Source of the DNA: the human T2T-CHM13v2.0 reference genome, Homo sapiens
Direction: 5' to 3' (one strand)
Assembly: GCF_009914755.1 (NCBI RefSeq)
Contig: NC_060926.1
DNA length: 64,000 nt
Below are positions 11,161 through 23,948 of this stretch, one piece after another. A program made the translations under genes and the position numbers. The notes under the pieces were generated by a model. The model was not told the origin of the DNA. It worked only from the letters and a program-made list of their open reading frames with translations, and did not search any database. Within the stretch, counting starts at the first letter, position 1. Each line of letters begins with the position of its first letter.

Positions 11161-14100
11161 GTCACAGTAAATTCAAGCTGTTCTAACTTATTAACTAATT
11201 CATCTAGATATATTTTTCAGAAATTGTATTTTTATAAAGACATGTCCTAAATAATTATTTTGGTTTAAAAAATCCTGCAAGATACATTTTAATACAAAAA
11301 TAAATATAAGTACAAGAAATGAATTTAGATATGGTGGAAAACAAGCACAGAAATATTTTTTCTTCAGAAATGATTTTTAAAAACATGAAGAAAAAAAAAT
11401 GATGCCATTGCTTGAATTCAGAGGTACTTCGATTTGACAGATTTGACATATCATGAGATAAAGTACAAGCAAAGCAAAAATAACTAAAAATAGCTCCATG
11501 GTAATGCTAAGTATAAGAATTAAATTGAAGATTGAAAGACTCAAAAATCTCAAGCATGCTACATGATTTTACCAGCTCTCTCAAATAAAGCCGGGCTCAG
11601 TAAATGCTCTGGTGACTGAAACAATGCTAAGATTGGGCTTTGTTCTTCAGACATGGAATTCATCACCTTCGTGGTGATGAATCATTGGTGAGGCCCTAAT
11701 TATTAAACAAGATGTCGAATCAAAGCTATCCTCCTCTATTTGCGTGAGGATTTCTGTACTTAGAATTGAGTCCTGCCACATTCTTATAATGGTGCGTGCA
11801 TATGGGTAGCAGGTATACACACCAATAAATAATGTGGCTAGTATGATTCTGGAAATTACAATGCCAGTTAGAAATTATTCAGAATGGAATAAAATATTTA
11901 AAACCCCTGCTATAAATCTTAGCCAGGAAATAAATTTTCATGAGACCAGTGATTAACCCAATAGCAAAACGGAATTTATATCAACCATTCATTAATCCCA
12001 TTTCCCTTCTCCCAATACCATTAATTAAGTGTCTGTTCAATTCCCATTCCTGTGCTACACTTGTGTCGCTTACCCAATTACAGCTAATTTTCTTGCATGC
12101 AACGGGAGTGGTAATAGCCTCTAACAGTTGTTGAAATGTGGTTCCTAGCGTTTACTGCAGTGTGTCATCCTTAAATATTCTCTAACATGTTTTCTAATTC
12201 TGTTTCTAAAATCGAGTTTGTGTGGGGAGGACTGAGTTGAATACAGTAAGTGGGTGGTTTCCTTCCTTTCAGGTCCTCGGAGACCCTTATCTGATTTAAG
12301 TTTTGCCTCAGGAGAAAGCTGTACCACTGAGATTGCTAAAAATAACTGTTCTCCTGTCTTGCTGTTTTGCCTATGATTCTCTTGGAGAAAAAAGCTTTGG
12401 AAAATAAACTTTTGAAGGCGTGTTTTTATAAATTATCTGATCACTTCTTCAGAGTTCAATAGAAAGGGTCAATTTTAAAATTAAAGCCTCTGTAACAAGA
12501 TGTTCTTTTCTCTTTTCTCCTTTCCCTTTTTAAAACACAGTTTACAAAAAAGGAGATGGTGAAGCCTGAAAATATTAAATATAAACTCTTTGCCTTATTT
12601 TAGTCGTTCCTAAAATTATGGGTGTAATTTCAGTTTGTGTATTCTAAAAGTAAGTTTCCCATGGATGTCTGTATTATAATTTGAGAGAAAGTAATTTTTT
12701 TTTTTTTTTTTTTTCTGATGGTTCCTCACTTGTCAGTGGCTCCTAATGATTTACTTGATTTAAGTACTTTGTATCTTCCCTCTGACACTCCTCATACTTT
12801 TCTTTCCTCACCCCAGGTAATTGATGATCTGTAAATAAACACTTCAACTCATTAGAGAAGCTCACTGTTTAAAATAAGCCTGCAGAGAATCCTTTTGTTA
12901 AGGAAATAAGCCTTTTATAATCACCTCTGTGTCTTCTGCACAGATTTTTAGTCTATCAGCTTTTCCTTAAAGCAGAAAGTGTTTTATCTTTTCTAAGCAA
13001 GGGAAAGATTCCCTTGATATGTAGCTGGGCTCTAGAGGGGAGAACAGGGAAGAAACTCGGGTTTATGATTAGTGATGGGGTTAAATGCGATAGTAACAGC
13101 TCGATTTAGTGGCATTGGCTAAAGCGTGCTCCTACACACTGTAATCCAGTCATCTGTGGGGTTTGGCCTTCATGTAACATCACTTCTTTCTTTTTATCTA
13201 CATACCTGCATACCTGGCCTTGTGCCTCTTCCCATTCCCCTGTAATTGGAAATGGCATCTATTTGGGGTTGTTGTCACCACCTTTACCGTATCTATTCAA
13301 AACTTAATCTACATACATCAAATCGTTCAAAGAAAACCTGTGCAATTCCAATCAACTCTAATATCCAGTTGTTTCTAACATGAAATTCAAGGGACTACTT
13401 CAAAGCCACTTGGAGAGTAGCTTTCTTCCCATCAAAGAATGAGTAGTAGGCACCCACTGTTCACTGTTGACATGCTGACAGTGCAGCCCTGCATAAACAC
13501 AACCGCTTGCCCTCTCACAGCTTATATTTTAAAGGTTGTAAAATCTTGTTTTTGTCATATCTGGCAATAGTATTTTGTAAATTATTTTTTACATGATTTT
13601 TTAAAAATGTACTCATCAAAATGAGCTGGCACATATAAGCTCATTATATTTTTACATTTTAGCAAAAACACTGTCTTTTGCCTACAACATGATAGTTTGT
13701 GTTTTTTGGAAAAAAAAAAAAAACAACAACAACTCTATTATGGTCTTCATAGTGTTTCTAATTTCTAAAATCATTTTGGCCTGTAGACACTTTTAAAAAA
13801 AAGATGCTCTCTAAATATGAGGAACATAAGATTGTGTAACTGTTTTCATAAGTGAAAAACTTACACTTACCATTGTCATCTGAGAGGAAATAATGGTTTA
13901 ATTAGTTTTTAGATAAAAAGATTTTTGCAATCAGACTGTGTTTGTAATGGCATTTATAAAACAATTTCCCCCTACAGTAGCATTGTAATTAAGACTTTCA
14001 ATGAATCAGAGGAGAAGAGTGCATTTTTCCCCCTGTGGTCGGCTGTTATGCTTGCCCCTCGGGGCCTGCTGCTCTCCTGCATCAGGCTTGCACTAATGCC

Positions 14101-14863
14101 CACTAATGCCCTGTAATTGTGTTTCACTTCCTCTAATTAAACTGACAGGGAACTCGAATTGCTGTCACTTACCTTAATGATAGGGAAGGTAATGGGATTA
14201 GAATGTGGCAATTCTCACACAGAACACTTAACATCCCAAATACCAGTTTACCAGGAAGAATGCATTTCAGGGAAGACCTAAGGACTTCTGGGGTTCTGGT
14301 CCCACCTCTTGGGCAATACAATATGTGAGTTAGAAAGGTCACAAAGAATATCTTCTTCATGGGCGTGCTCCTCTGAACATCAGCTCCTGAAGATTTTAAT
14401 GGATATTACAAGAGAAAAACATTTCTGAGGCCCAGTAGAAGTTGGAAAAGCAGGGTTAATCAAGTTAAACAGATTTCTTTTATTTGTCACTGTCAGTGCC
14501 TTGATACTTGCATTGATTTCTTTTCTTAAAGGTGCACTGTGGTGGCAGTGGCGGCGTGTGTGTATGCATGCATTTGTTTGTATAAAGTAGTTCACAGACG
14601 CATTTGCATATTTGATAACTTTTTTAGGGGCAAATTCAAGGCCTGGTGTCCTACAGATCATCTTTTGAGATCTGCAGATCTAGCCGATGAAGGCTGTCAC
14701 ATGGTTATTTAGTGATAGGCTCTCCAACCTTGTGGTGGTGGCCATGCATCCACCAGATATTGGATCAGCCTTCCTAAAATACCTCTTCAACTCCCTTTCA
14801 TTGCCTCTCCCTTCTTCCTCCGCTGCTGTTGTTGCAGTGTGTCAAATCCCTCAGGCATATCGC

Positions 14864-15325
14864 TGTGAACCCCGAATATCTGAGACAGGTCTCAGTTACT
14901 TTAGAAAGTTTCTTTTGCCAAGGTTGCGGATGCACAGCTGTGACACAGCCTTAGGAGGTCCTGATGACATGTGCCCAAGGTGGTCGAGGCACAACTTAAT
15001 TTTATACATTTTAGGGAGACATGAGACATCAATCAATATATGACAGATGTACATTGATTCCATTGGTTCCATCCAGAAAAGCGGGACAACTGGAAGCAGG
15101 GAGGGGGCTTCCAGGTCACAGGTAGGTGAGAGACAAATGGTTGCATTTTTTTTTTTTTTTGAGTTTCTGATTAGTCTTTCAAAAGGAGGCAATCAGATAC
15201 ACATGTATCTCAAAGAGCAGGGGGATGACTTTGAATAGAATGGGAGGCAGGTTTGCTCTAAGCAGTTCCCGGCTTGACTTTTCCCTTTAGGGTAGTGGGA
15301 CCCCAAGATTTATTTTACTTTCACA
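14864..15325 (-). mobile_element. MER4A-type ERV1 solo LTR
   Basis: ggaggtcctgatgacatgtgcccaaggtggtc...ccccaagatttattttactttcaca; TSD tcgc/ttgc. Confidence 0.88.
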
Positions 15326-15404
15326 TTGCGTAGAAAAACGGAAAACAAAATACTTCATTATCACACTGTTTTTCCCTTCTATTCTGGGTGCTGCTGAACT
15401 AGAG

Positions 15405-15630
15405 TATACAATGCGGTGTTGTGGAGAGTGCACAGATTCACCCAGGTTTGAGACCTCCGACTGACTAGTCTTGTAACCACAGGCAAATTTCTTAAGGCCT
15501 CTGAAGCTCCATTTATGCGTTGATAAAAAGAAGCTTTAGGGTTTGGGGTTATTGTGGAGGTGGGAGAAAACGAATATAAGTCTCCTGGCCTGTAGCAGAC
15601 ATTCATTTAATGATAACTGTTATTATTATC
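15405..15630 (+). mobile_element. MIR
   Basis: Degenerate MIR layout from tRNA-like head to tattattat tail. Confidence 0.6.
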
Positions 15631-16912
15631 TTAAGATTTTAAAACTTTTATTTGTTTTATTTTTTATTTTATTTTATTTTATTTTGCCAGCAGCTACCCT
15701 ATGACCAATATCTAGATGCAAATTGAAAAGTTGGTTGAGCATTCAGCTCTTTATAAATAGCTTTATGCTTGGTAAAAACCAGCATTATGATTAACTTTTT
15801 TTTATAACTTTTATATCCTGCTTGTAATGGTGTGAAAAAAATGTTTAAAGATGTTGAAATAATGCAGTTTTTAAAAAAAGAGGTAAGTATTCAATATCAG
15901 CTCTACTAACTAGTAGGGATTACATTCTCTTCTTTCCTTTGGTTGTTTTTTATTTTGTTGGTTTGTTTTTATCATTCAGCTGAGTAGGATATCAGAAATA
16001 GTAAGCATCTGCTCCATTGAGATTCGTAGCAACTTGTTAATTTCAGGTGGGATTGTGTTTAGATGTGACTTTTGGCAGTTGAGTTCCAAGATGTTTATCA
16101 GTTTGCTCAGACTGTTATCATCATAATTTAGAAATCCACGTTACCAAATAAATGCATGCAAAAAATGACTTCTGAAAGCTTGACACATTCATAGAAAGAT
16201 ATTCCTGTGGTAGAGATCACACAATATCAATTTAGAATTTGATTGAACCTCAGAGGCCATATCAATGTCATACACTGTTTTGGCATATATTTACATTTAA
16301 GCTCTGAATTTCTCCCCTCTCCTGTCTATGTAATCTTTACCATTTTTAGACTTTCAGCATCTGCAAAGAGAGATTATAAAATACTACCCAAGTTATGGGT
16401 TGCACTGAGGATTAAAATGAAATAAGGCATTGAAAAGTATTTCATAGACTGGGAAATGTTGTCTACATTTTAGCTAGTTAGATTTTAAATTATTAGTAGT
16501 AATAGGGTGCATGTAGAGGACAGAAATTGTCTCACGCTGTAAAGCTAATTCCCATCATATAATCTCCTTTCTATAAATTTTTACGTGCATGTGCTAAATT
16601 TGGAGAATTGAATGCACTATACACAGATGCCATTTTTTTTTTAACCATTTTTGCTTCAGTTTAGAAAGCAGGCCAATGTGGGTACAAAAAGTAAGCCTTA
16701 ACACAAAGGCCTGTGAAAAGTATCCAATTAGCCTGATTGATCTATTTTGTGCACAGATTTATTCTTAAGGCACTTACATGATACAGATGTTCTGGGAGAT
16801 GTCAAATTTTCCTTTTGTGACAGCAAACTCCAAATTTAGGGGCATATTCTAAATATCTCTAACTGTTTTTAGCAGCCTGTTTTCAATGGCTGATAGGTTT
16901 GCCATTTTTAGC

Positions 16913-16943
<31 letters not shown>

Positions 16944-16953
16944 TGAAAAACAG

Positions 16954-16985
16954 TATGTGTATATATATATGTGTGTGTGTATATA

Positions 16986-17021
<36 letters not shown>
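16954..17021. repeat. Compound (TA)n/(TG)n microsatellite
   Basis: Read directly. Confidence 0.95.
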
Positions 17022-17022
<1 letters not shown>

Positions 17023-17504
17023 TTGGCACGCTAGGCTAGTGGGTAGGAATGAGAAATGATGGTAGGAGAACTGGTGAAGTTTGGAACTGTCAGGTCAGCT
17101 GGGTGACTGTGCTCCAGGATATTGTAGTATACTTTTCTTGAACCCTATGTCTAAAGCTATAGGGTTAGTCAGCTCAGAGCAATACTTTGAAGAACAGGTT
17201 CATAAAGTTTATTTTCACTATATAGAGCATTTTGTTTGTCCTACAACCCCCTTCCTCAAGCTTCCAAAGAGGAGTGAGAGGTGCCTGGGCAGATAATCCC
17301 ACCATCTTATTCTTATCTTTTTATACCTATGCAAGTTATAGTGAACTAGGATTTTAAACGTTTTAGGTTATTTTGCCACAAAGGATATATTTCTCCCCCA
17401 CCATTTTCATATATCTAAACGTTTAGAAAGGACACTTAAAAATAAGGCAGGGACTTCTTAAAGGGATAAATTTCTCTGTATCTTAGAAAGTTGGGGAATA
17501 TACA

Positions 17505-18580
17505 TATTCTTTGACCTAGTAATCTACTTCTAGGAACCTGTTCTACGCAAGTGCTCACCCAAGCATGCAAGAATGTACATATACAGATGCCCACTGCCTT
17601 ATTCTTTGTAAAAGTGAAATATTGAAATTGTGGTAGGCAGAAAAATGGCTCTCAAAGGATATCCACGTACTAAGTCCTGGAACCCATGAATATGTTATGG
17701 CTCTCAAAGGATATCCACGTACTAAGTCCTGGAACCCATGAATATGTTACCTTATATGGAAAAGGAATTTCACAGATGTGATTAAGGTTAAAGACCCTGA
17801 GATGGGGAGAGTGTCTTGGATTATCAGGTGGATCCAGTTTAATCATTTGAGTCTTCAAAGGTAGAAAATCTTTCCTGGCTAGAGTCAGAGAGAGACGGAA
17901 CTACAGAAGCACAGCCAGAGAGATGCTAAATTGCTAGCTTTGAAGATGAAGAGAGGAATGAGCCAAGAAAGTGGGCTGTTTCCAGAAGCAGGAAAAGGCA
18001 CGGAAACAGATTCTCTTCTAGCACCTCCAGAAAGGAGTGTATGCCTGACCACACCTTGATTTCAATGCTATAGGATTTCTGACCTACAGAACTTAAGACA
18101 ATATATTTGTGCTATCTTAAGCCACTAAGTCTGGTAATTTGTTATGACAGCAGTAGAAAACTAATTTGGCAACACAGATGCTAAAATATAGGGAAACACT
18201 TAAACGATAGCTCACTCCAAGTAGCAAGTATCATGAATTCACAACAAAAGGTTGAGGCATTTATATTGTACTGCCATGAAACATGGAAGAGTGTTGGTGA
18301 ACTCTTGCTGAGTGAAAGAGGTAGGAGAACTCAGTGCAGCCATTGTATCCTATTTCAGCGAAAAAATATTGTATATGAACATATTTGAGTGGTGTGTGTG
18401 TGTGTGTATGTGTTTGTGTGCGTGTGTGAATGGAAAAAGATCTATAGCTACCTAGTGAAATATTACCAACAATTTCAGGGCAGGAAGGGCTGTGTGTTTG
18501 TGGAAAGGGGGGAATTCACCTTTTACTTTATTCATATAAATATTGTTCAAAATGTTTAATATAGACTATTGTGTAACTTT
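17505..18580 (+). mobile_element. Old L1M 3' fragment split by MLT1D; (TG)n at 18393-18428
   Basis: tttgacctagtaatctacttctaggaa (L1 ORF2 end) and ttgctgagtgaaa (3'UTR) motifs. Confidence 0.6.
17629..18166 (+). mobile_element. MLT1D solo LTR
   Basis: tgtggtaggcagaa..atggc; gatgtgattaag; taagccactaagt...gtagaaaactaat. Confidence 0.88.
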
Positions 18581-18887
18581 AAATACCATTTTTTAAATAT
18601 GGAGGAAAAATATAGCCATAATAAGGCCAAGTCAATGCTGATTCATTGACAACTAGCCAGAAGACTTTGGTGTGTCACCTTGACCAAGGATGACTTAACT
18701 ATCGAGGAGAAAAAAACTTAAAAATTATCTAGTTCTAACACCTTGCTTTAGAGATAAGAAAGCTGGGATCTAATACAGTTCAGTGACTTTCCTGTCCTCA
18801 CAGAAAGACAAAGAAGAAAATGGCAAATAAGATAAAGATATTCTGGCTTTTCACTATACCACACAGCCACTTACTTGTGTTTGTTAC

Positions 18888-19377
18888 TGAAAGGTTAAAG
18901 AAATATCTTTTCTTACTCATCACTAGGTTCATGGCTGAGGCCCCTGTAACAAAAGGCAGATTAGTAACAGAAAAGCATACAAGTGTATTTAGTATGTTTT
19001 ACATGACACAAGAGGCTTCATAAAGAAATGAAGACCCAATGAAATAAGTAAATCTACATATTTTTTAATGCTAGGTTTGATGATGACATAAATAGTTGTA
19101 GAGAAGTATGATTGAGCAAAAACGATATGATCTAATGGTAAGAAACGGGAGGAAACAGCATGGCCTGATTTTCACTTTCTTTTCTGTATCCCTATATCTT
19201 CAGAGTTAAGAATGTTCTTTCCCTTCAGGGTTAGGAAGGGTACTTCTCAAATGAGGGTCATATGACTGGCTTGAGGGGAGAAATTCAAGAAGAAGGTGAG
19301 AGTGACCTTTCTGCTTCTGCAGATTTCTCAAATGCCAAGATGCCATATATTGAGGTAGCATGTCCTGAACTCCATCA
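18888..19377 (-). mobile_element. ERV1 solo LTR (LTR54/MER34 group)
   Basis: Reverse complement begins tgatggagttcaggacatgctacctcaatatatggcatcttggcatttgag; perfect 4-bp TSD ttac at 18884-18887 and 19378-19381. Confidence 0.82.
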
Positions 19378-19459
19378 TTACACAGCAAAAGCCATATGGC
19401 TGTCACATGATAGGCACTCAGATGAATTGTCCAAAATGTGGCCAATTCTGATTTTAACA

Positions 19460-20030
19460 TTTACCCATAGCAGTCATTATCAGCAAATATGTATCAGATG
19501 TCAACTAAATATGAGGTAGTGAAGTGTTAACAATATAAAGATAATGATGATATAGTAGTATTATGAATAGCATAGACAAAGAAACCTGCAATTTTAGGAT
19601 GACAGGAACCATGGTAGAAAGATGCATGAAGTGCAGTGCATACACACACACACACACACACAAAGGAACAAATAATGTTTGAGGAAATCAGGGATTTTTT
19701 TTTTTTTTTTACAGAGAAGATAATATTTGAATGAGATCATCAATAAACAGGTGAAGAGAGAATGGGGAGCATTGTAGATTCTAACACAGTGGTCAATGTT
19801 ATTGAATAAAATGATGGAGGGAATGTCAGCAGTGAGAATGCCACGTGAAAGAGCCTAGAGGCATGAAAGCACAGTCTATTTGAGCAATGGAGGTGGAAGG
19901 TAAGGTTGGAGAGCAAACCTGAAGTCAAATTGCCCAGGACCTTCTTGGACTTATCTTGTAGATGATAGGTTGGCATTGGAGAATTTCAGGCAGGTGAGTG
20001 AAGTAATGTATGCTTATTAGAGGTAATGAT
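19460..20030 (-). mobile_element. L2 fragment with internal (CA)n
   Basis: Antisense L2 3' motifs (cagtcattatcagcaaatatgtat; ttggacttatcttgtagatgatagg). Confidence 0.55.
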
Positions 20031-20134
20031 TAAATAATGGACTTGATTTTCACAGAGTGAAACTGGTGACATGAAATGACGTAAAATAGCTGGCCTAATA
20101 ATTTTTCAGCTCCAGACTTAATTGAACTAATAAT

Positions 20135-20216
20135 AAGGTGGTCATAAAACTTGTCGTCCGAATTGAAGCACTTTATAGAGTGAAAGGAGGCATTATTATC
20201 AACTATGCAAGGACAA
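20135..20216. mobile_element. MER81 hAT fragment
   Basis: gtcgtccgaattgaagcactttatagagtgaaaggaggcattatta resembles the MER81 core. Confidence 0.6.
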
Positions 20217-20599
20217 TATAAGAAATTTTGAAGGAATCATCTCCCTCCCTATGAAACAAATTCATGCAGGTGTGAGATGATTGGATTTATGGATGATAAT
20301 TAGCTGGCAGGTTGATATTTGAGGACTCTCAAACATAAGGCCAATCCATGGACTCTCATGACTATAGGATGGATGCTGTGGAACCCCAGAACCTCTCCAC
20401 TATAACCTTTACTCATTGCCTTAAACCAGTCTCAAATTTACATTATTTCAATAATATATTTATTTAGGGCCACAAATCCCCATGCAAGCTCCATTTTTAG
20501 AGAAGTTTTTTTTTTTTTTTTAAGCTGTTGGCTACTTTAGCCCTCATGTAGCAAAGGTTGCTCTTTCTTAAAATTTCTCTGTCCTTCCTAAAGAATTAA

Positions 20600-20790
20600 T
20601 TGGACTTGAGTGTAGAACCTGGATTTGATCCTGGGTTTATCTCTCACTCTTTGGCCCTTGAACATGTTCATTGGTGTCTTTGAGCATACCTGTAAAATGT
20701 TTATCATATGAGTATGTCATAAGAATTAAATAAACAATCAAGGTCAAGTGTTTGACACACAGTAGACACCCAAAAAATAGACATTGTCTT
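20600..20790 (+). mobile_element. MIR
   Basis: acctggatttgatcctgg..ctgtaaaatg..tgacacacagtagacac. Confidence 0.6.
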
Positions 20791-20938
20791 CATTTCATAT
20801 CTCTTCATTGGGAAAACAGCTTTTTTTTTTTTTTTATTGAGCCACGTTACTTCTCAGTCAATTTGCATTGTATCTGTATCATAGCATTTGTCTTACTCTA
20901 TTTTAATTACTTTAAAAATTATGTCTCATTTGTTAAGC

Positions 20939-21150
20939 CAGTTGTTCCCAAGTGGGAAAATTTTGCTCCCCGCTTCCCCAGGATACTTAGCAATGTCTGG
21001 AGATATTTTAGATTGCCATAACTGGGGGAAAAATACACTGGAATCTAATTAGCAGAGACCAGGGATGCTGTTAAATATTCTACAATGCCTAGGGTAGCCC
21101 TCCACAACAAAGAATTATCCAGCTCAGAATGTCAATAGTGCTGACATTTA
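20939..21150 (+). mobile_element. MER20 hAT-Charlie element
   Basis: gcaatgtctggagatattttt; agagaccagggatgctgttaaat; aagaattatccagctcagaatgtcaatagtgctga. Confidence 0.88.
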
Positions 21151-22092
21151 GACTACAAGCTTTAGACGGTAACTCCATGCAGATTGTGACCATGATTGTG
21201 TTGCCATGGCCCAGTGCCTAGCCCTGTGATCATTCTAGGAGTCTCAGTGTTAATTAGTGGAGTGGAAGAATCAGGACCTGATCATTCTATGAGTCTCAGT
21301 GTTAATTAGTGGAGTGAATGAATCAGGACCAATGGTTTAGCCATGATCCAGCTTTGCATGTATTTCTTCACTCCCTTTAGTCAACATGTAGGTTGTTTTC
21401 ATGGTATCTCAAGCACACAGCTACCCACTGCTTGCTTGGAGTACTAGGAATAGTAAACCTGAACTCTGAAAGGGACATCATTAAAGAAATATTGCCCATA
21501 AGGGGATAGGTATCATATAGTTACCTAAAATACTTCAAGTTTCTTAATCAAAAGCACCTGCAAGCTTTCACATAGCATATAGAAGTTCTATTTTTTACCT
21601 GAATTAAACCGTGAGAGAGCATGAGATTAAATTTGTCTCTGGATGCTTACTGAAATGAGAAATATTTGAGGACCAATAAGGAAGGTGGCTTTACTTTGCT
21701 TTATTTATTTATTTACTTACTTACTTATTATTGAATTATTTTGCATCCTATAGCTGCCAATTTCTAATAAGAGATGTAAGACTCTAGAAGGAGCTTGAGA
21801 AAGCCTGAGGAAACCAGCCTGGCATTCAGACCAAGAAACCTGCTCCTGGGCTTGGGAAATTTCTAATTGTTGGATGAGATGCTGCTCTTTTGTTATTCAG
21901 ACAAACTGATTGACGTGAGTCTTGTGCTGTGAAATACTGAAGAGCTTTCCGAGAATTCACACAAGAGATTTCTGGAGCCTGTCACATCCTCCCTACCTGT
22001 CCTCATCTCAGCTCTCTAGAACTCCTTGTAGCCTAATCAGTAATGTCATCAAACCTCAACAAACCATTACTCTGGTATTTCCTGTTACACCA

Positions 22093-22764
22093 TATCTTAG
22101 TTTGCTAGGGCTACCATAACAAAATACCAAAGACTGGGAAACTTTAAAAAAAAAAAAGATTTCAACTCTTATTTTTGATTCAGGGCAACAGGTACAGGTT
22201 TGTTATATTGATGGACTGTATGATGCTGAAGTTCGAGGTGCAGGTCCCATCATCCAGGTAGTAAACATAGTAATCAACAGGTAGTTTTTCAGTCCTCCCT
22301 GGCTTCCTCTCTTTCCACCCTGGTAGTTCCTAGTATCTATTGTTTCCATCTTTCTGTACCAATGTTTAACTCTCACTTATAAGTGAAAACATGTGGTTTT
22401 TGGTATCTGTTTCTGTGTTAATTTGCTTACGATAATGGCTGCCAGCTGCATCCATGTTGCTGAAGGAACATGATTTTGTTCTTGTTATGGCTGTGCAGTA
22501 TTCCATGGTGTATATGTAACACATCTTCTTTAACCAATTTACCGTTCATGGGTACCTAGCTTGATTCCATGTCTTTGCTGTTGTGAATAAGATGGAGACT
22601 TATTCACAGAAAACAACAGAAATTTGTTTTCTCACAGTTCTGGAGACTAGAAGTCTGAGATGAAGGAGTCAACAGGGTTGGTTTCTTCTGAGGCCTCTGA
22701 CCTTGACTTGGAGATGGTGATCTTCTCCTTCGGCCCTCACACTGTCTTTCCTCTGCGTGCGTGC

Positions 22765-22804
<40 letters not shown>

Positions 22805-22994
22805 TAATCTCTTCTTTAAGGATACCAGTCATATTGGATTAGGGCTGAGATCGTTAGGACTAATGATCTCATTTTAACTTAATTACCTCTTTAAAGGTCG
22901 TATCGCCCAAATATAGTCACATTCTGAGGTCTTAGGGTTTAGCACTCCACAATGTGAATTTGAGGATGGGGGAGACACAGTTCAGCCCACATCA
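22093..22994 (-). mobile_element. MLT1B-type solo LTR with nested L1 and (GT)n at 22754-22802
   Basis: tatcttagtttgctagggct..ataacaaaatacc; ctcacagttctggag; TSD cacca/cacct. Confidence 0.85.
22159..22590 (-). mobile_element. L1P (PA15-16/PB) 3' end nested in MLT1B
   Basis: cacttataagtgaaaacatg; ccagctgcatccatgttgctg; gtattccatggtgtatatgt. Confidence 0.85.
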
Positions 22995-23596
22995 CACCTC
23001 TACAGGACTCAACATTACATAGGTGCCCAATAAACACTTACTTAGTGGAATGATATATCGTTTGAAATGGAGTGTGGTGGCAGGCTCCTTCAGCCCAGAT
23101 GATGTGATTTGCAGCCTGCAGATTCTTCCCCACCCCAGGCGAGCACAGATGGAAGCCTACTCCTTCTACCCCTGGAGTCACTGTGCTTAAGAAAACAAAA
23201 TTATGATACTCAGACTGTATTTAATGTTTATTAGGTTGGAAGTTCTTTCTTTGTTTTCCATTTAACAGGCTTTGGTTAATCACAGGAGAACGGACACAAG
23301 GGAGAAGAGAGGGTTGGGATAGCCTCGGGAAAGGCACAGGAGGTCCTCTGGAGGGAAAAGGGCCTCCCCAGGAGGTAGGGATTTCTATGGAGCTCTCAGG
23401 ATGAGGAAGAGAGGGGGAAGGGAGGTATACAGTTTGGTTCTTATAAACCTGGCTTTGTGTTTGTTTACATGTAGGTTGTGGGGATAGGGGTGGATTGCCA
23501 GGAAACTTTGAGCTTGGCACCAGTCTGGCTTCTGTACAGGTAATGAAAAGACTTGAACCCATAACATGGTGACCCACCCTCAAGTCAGACTTATAG

Positions 23597-23948
<352 letters not shown>

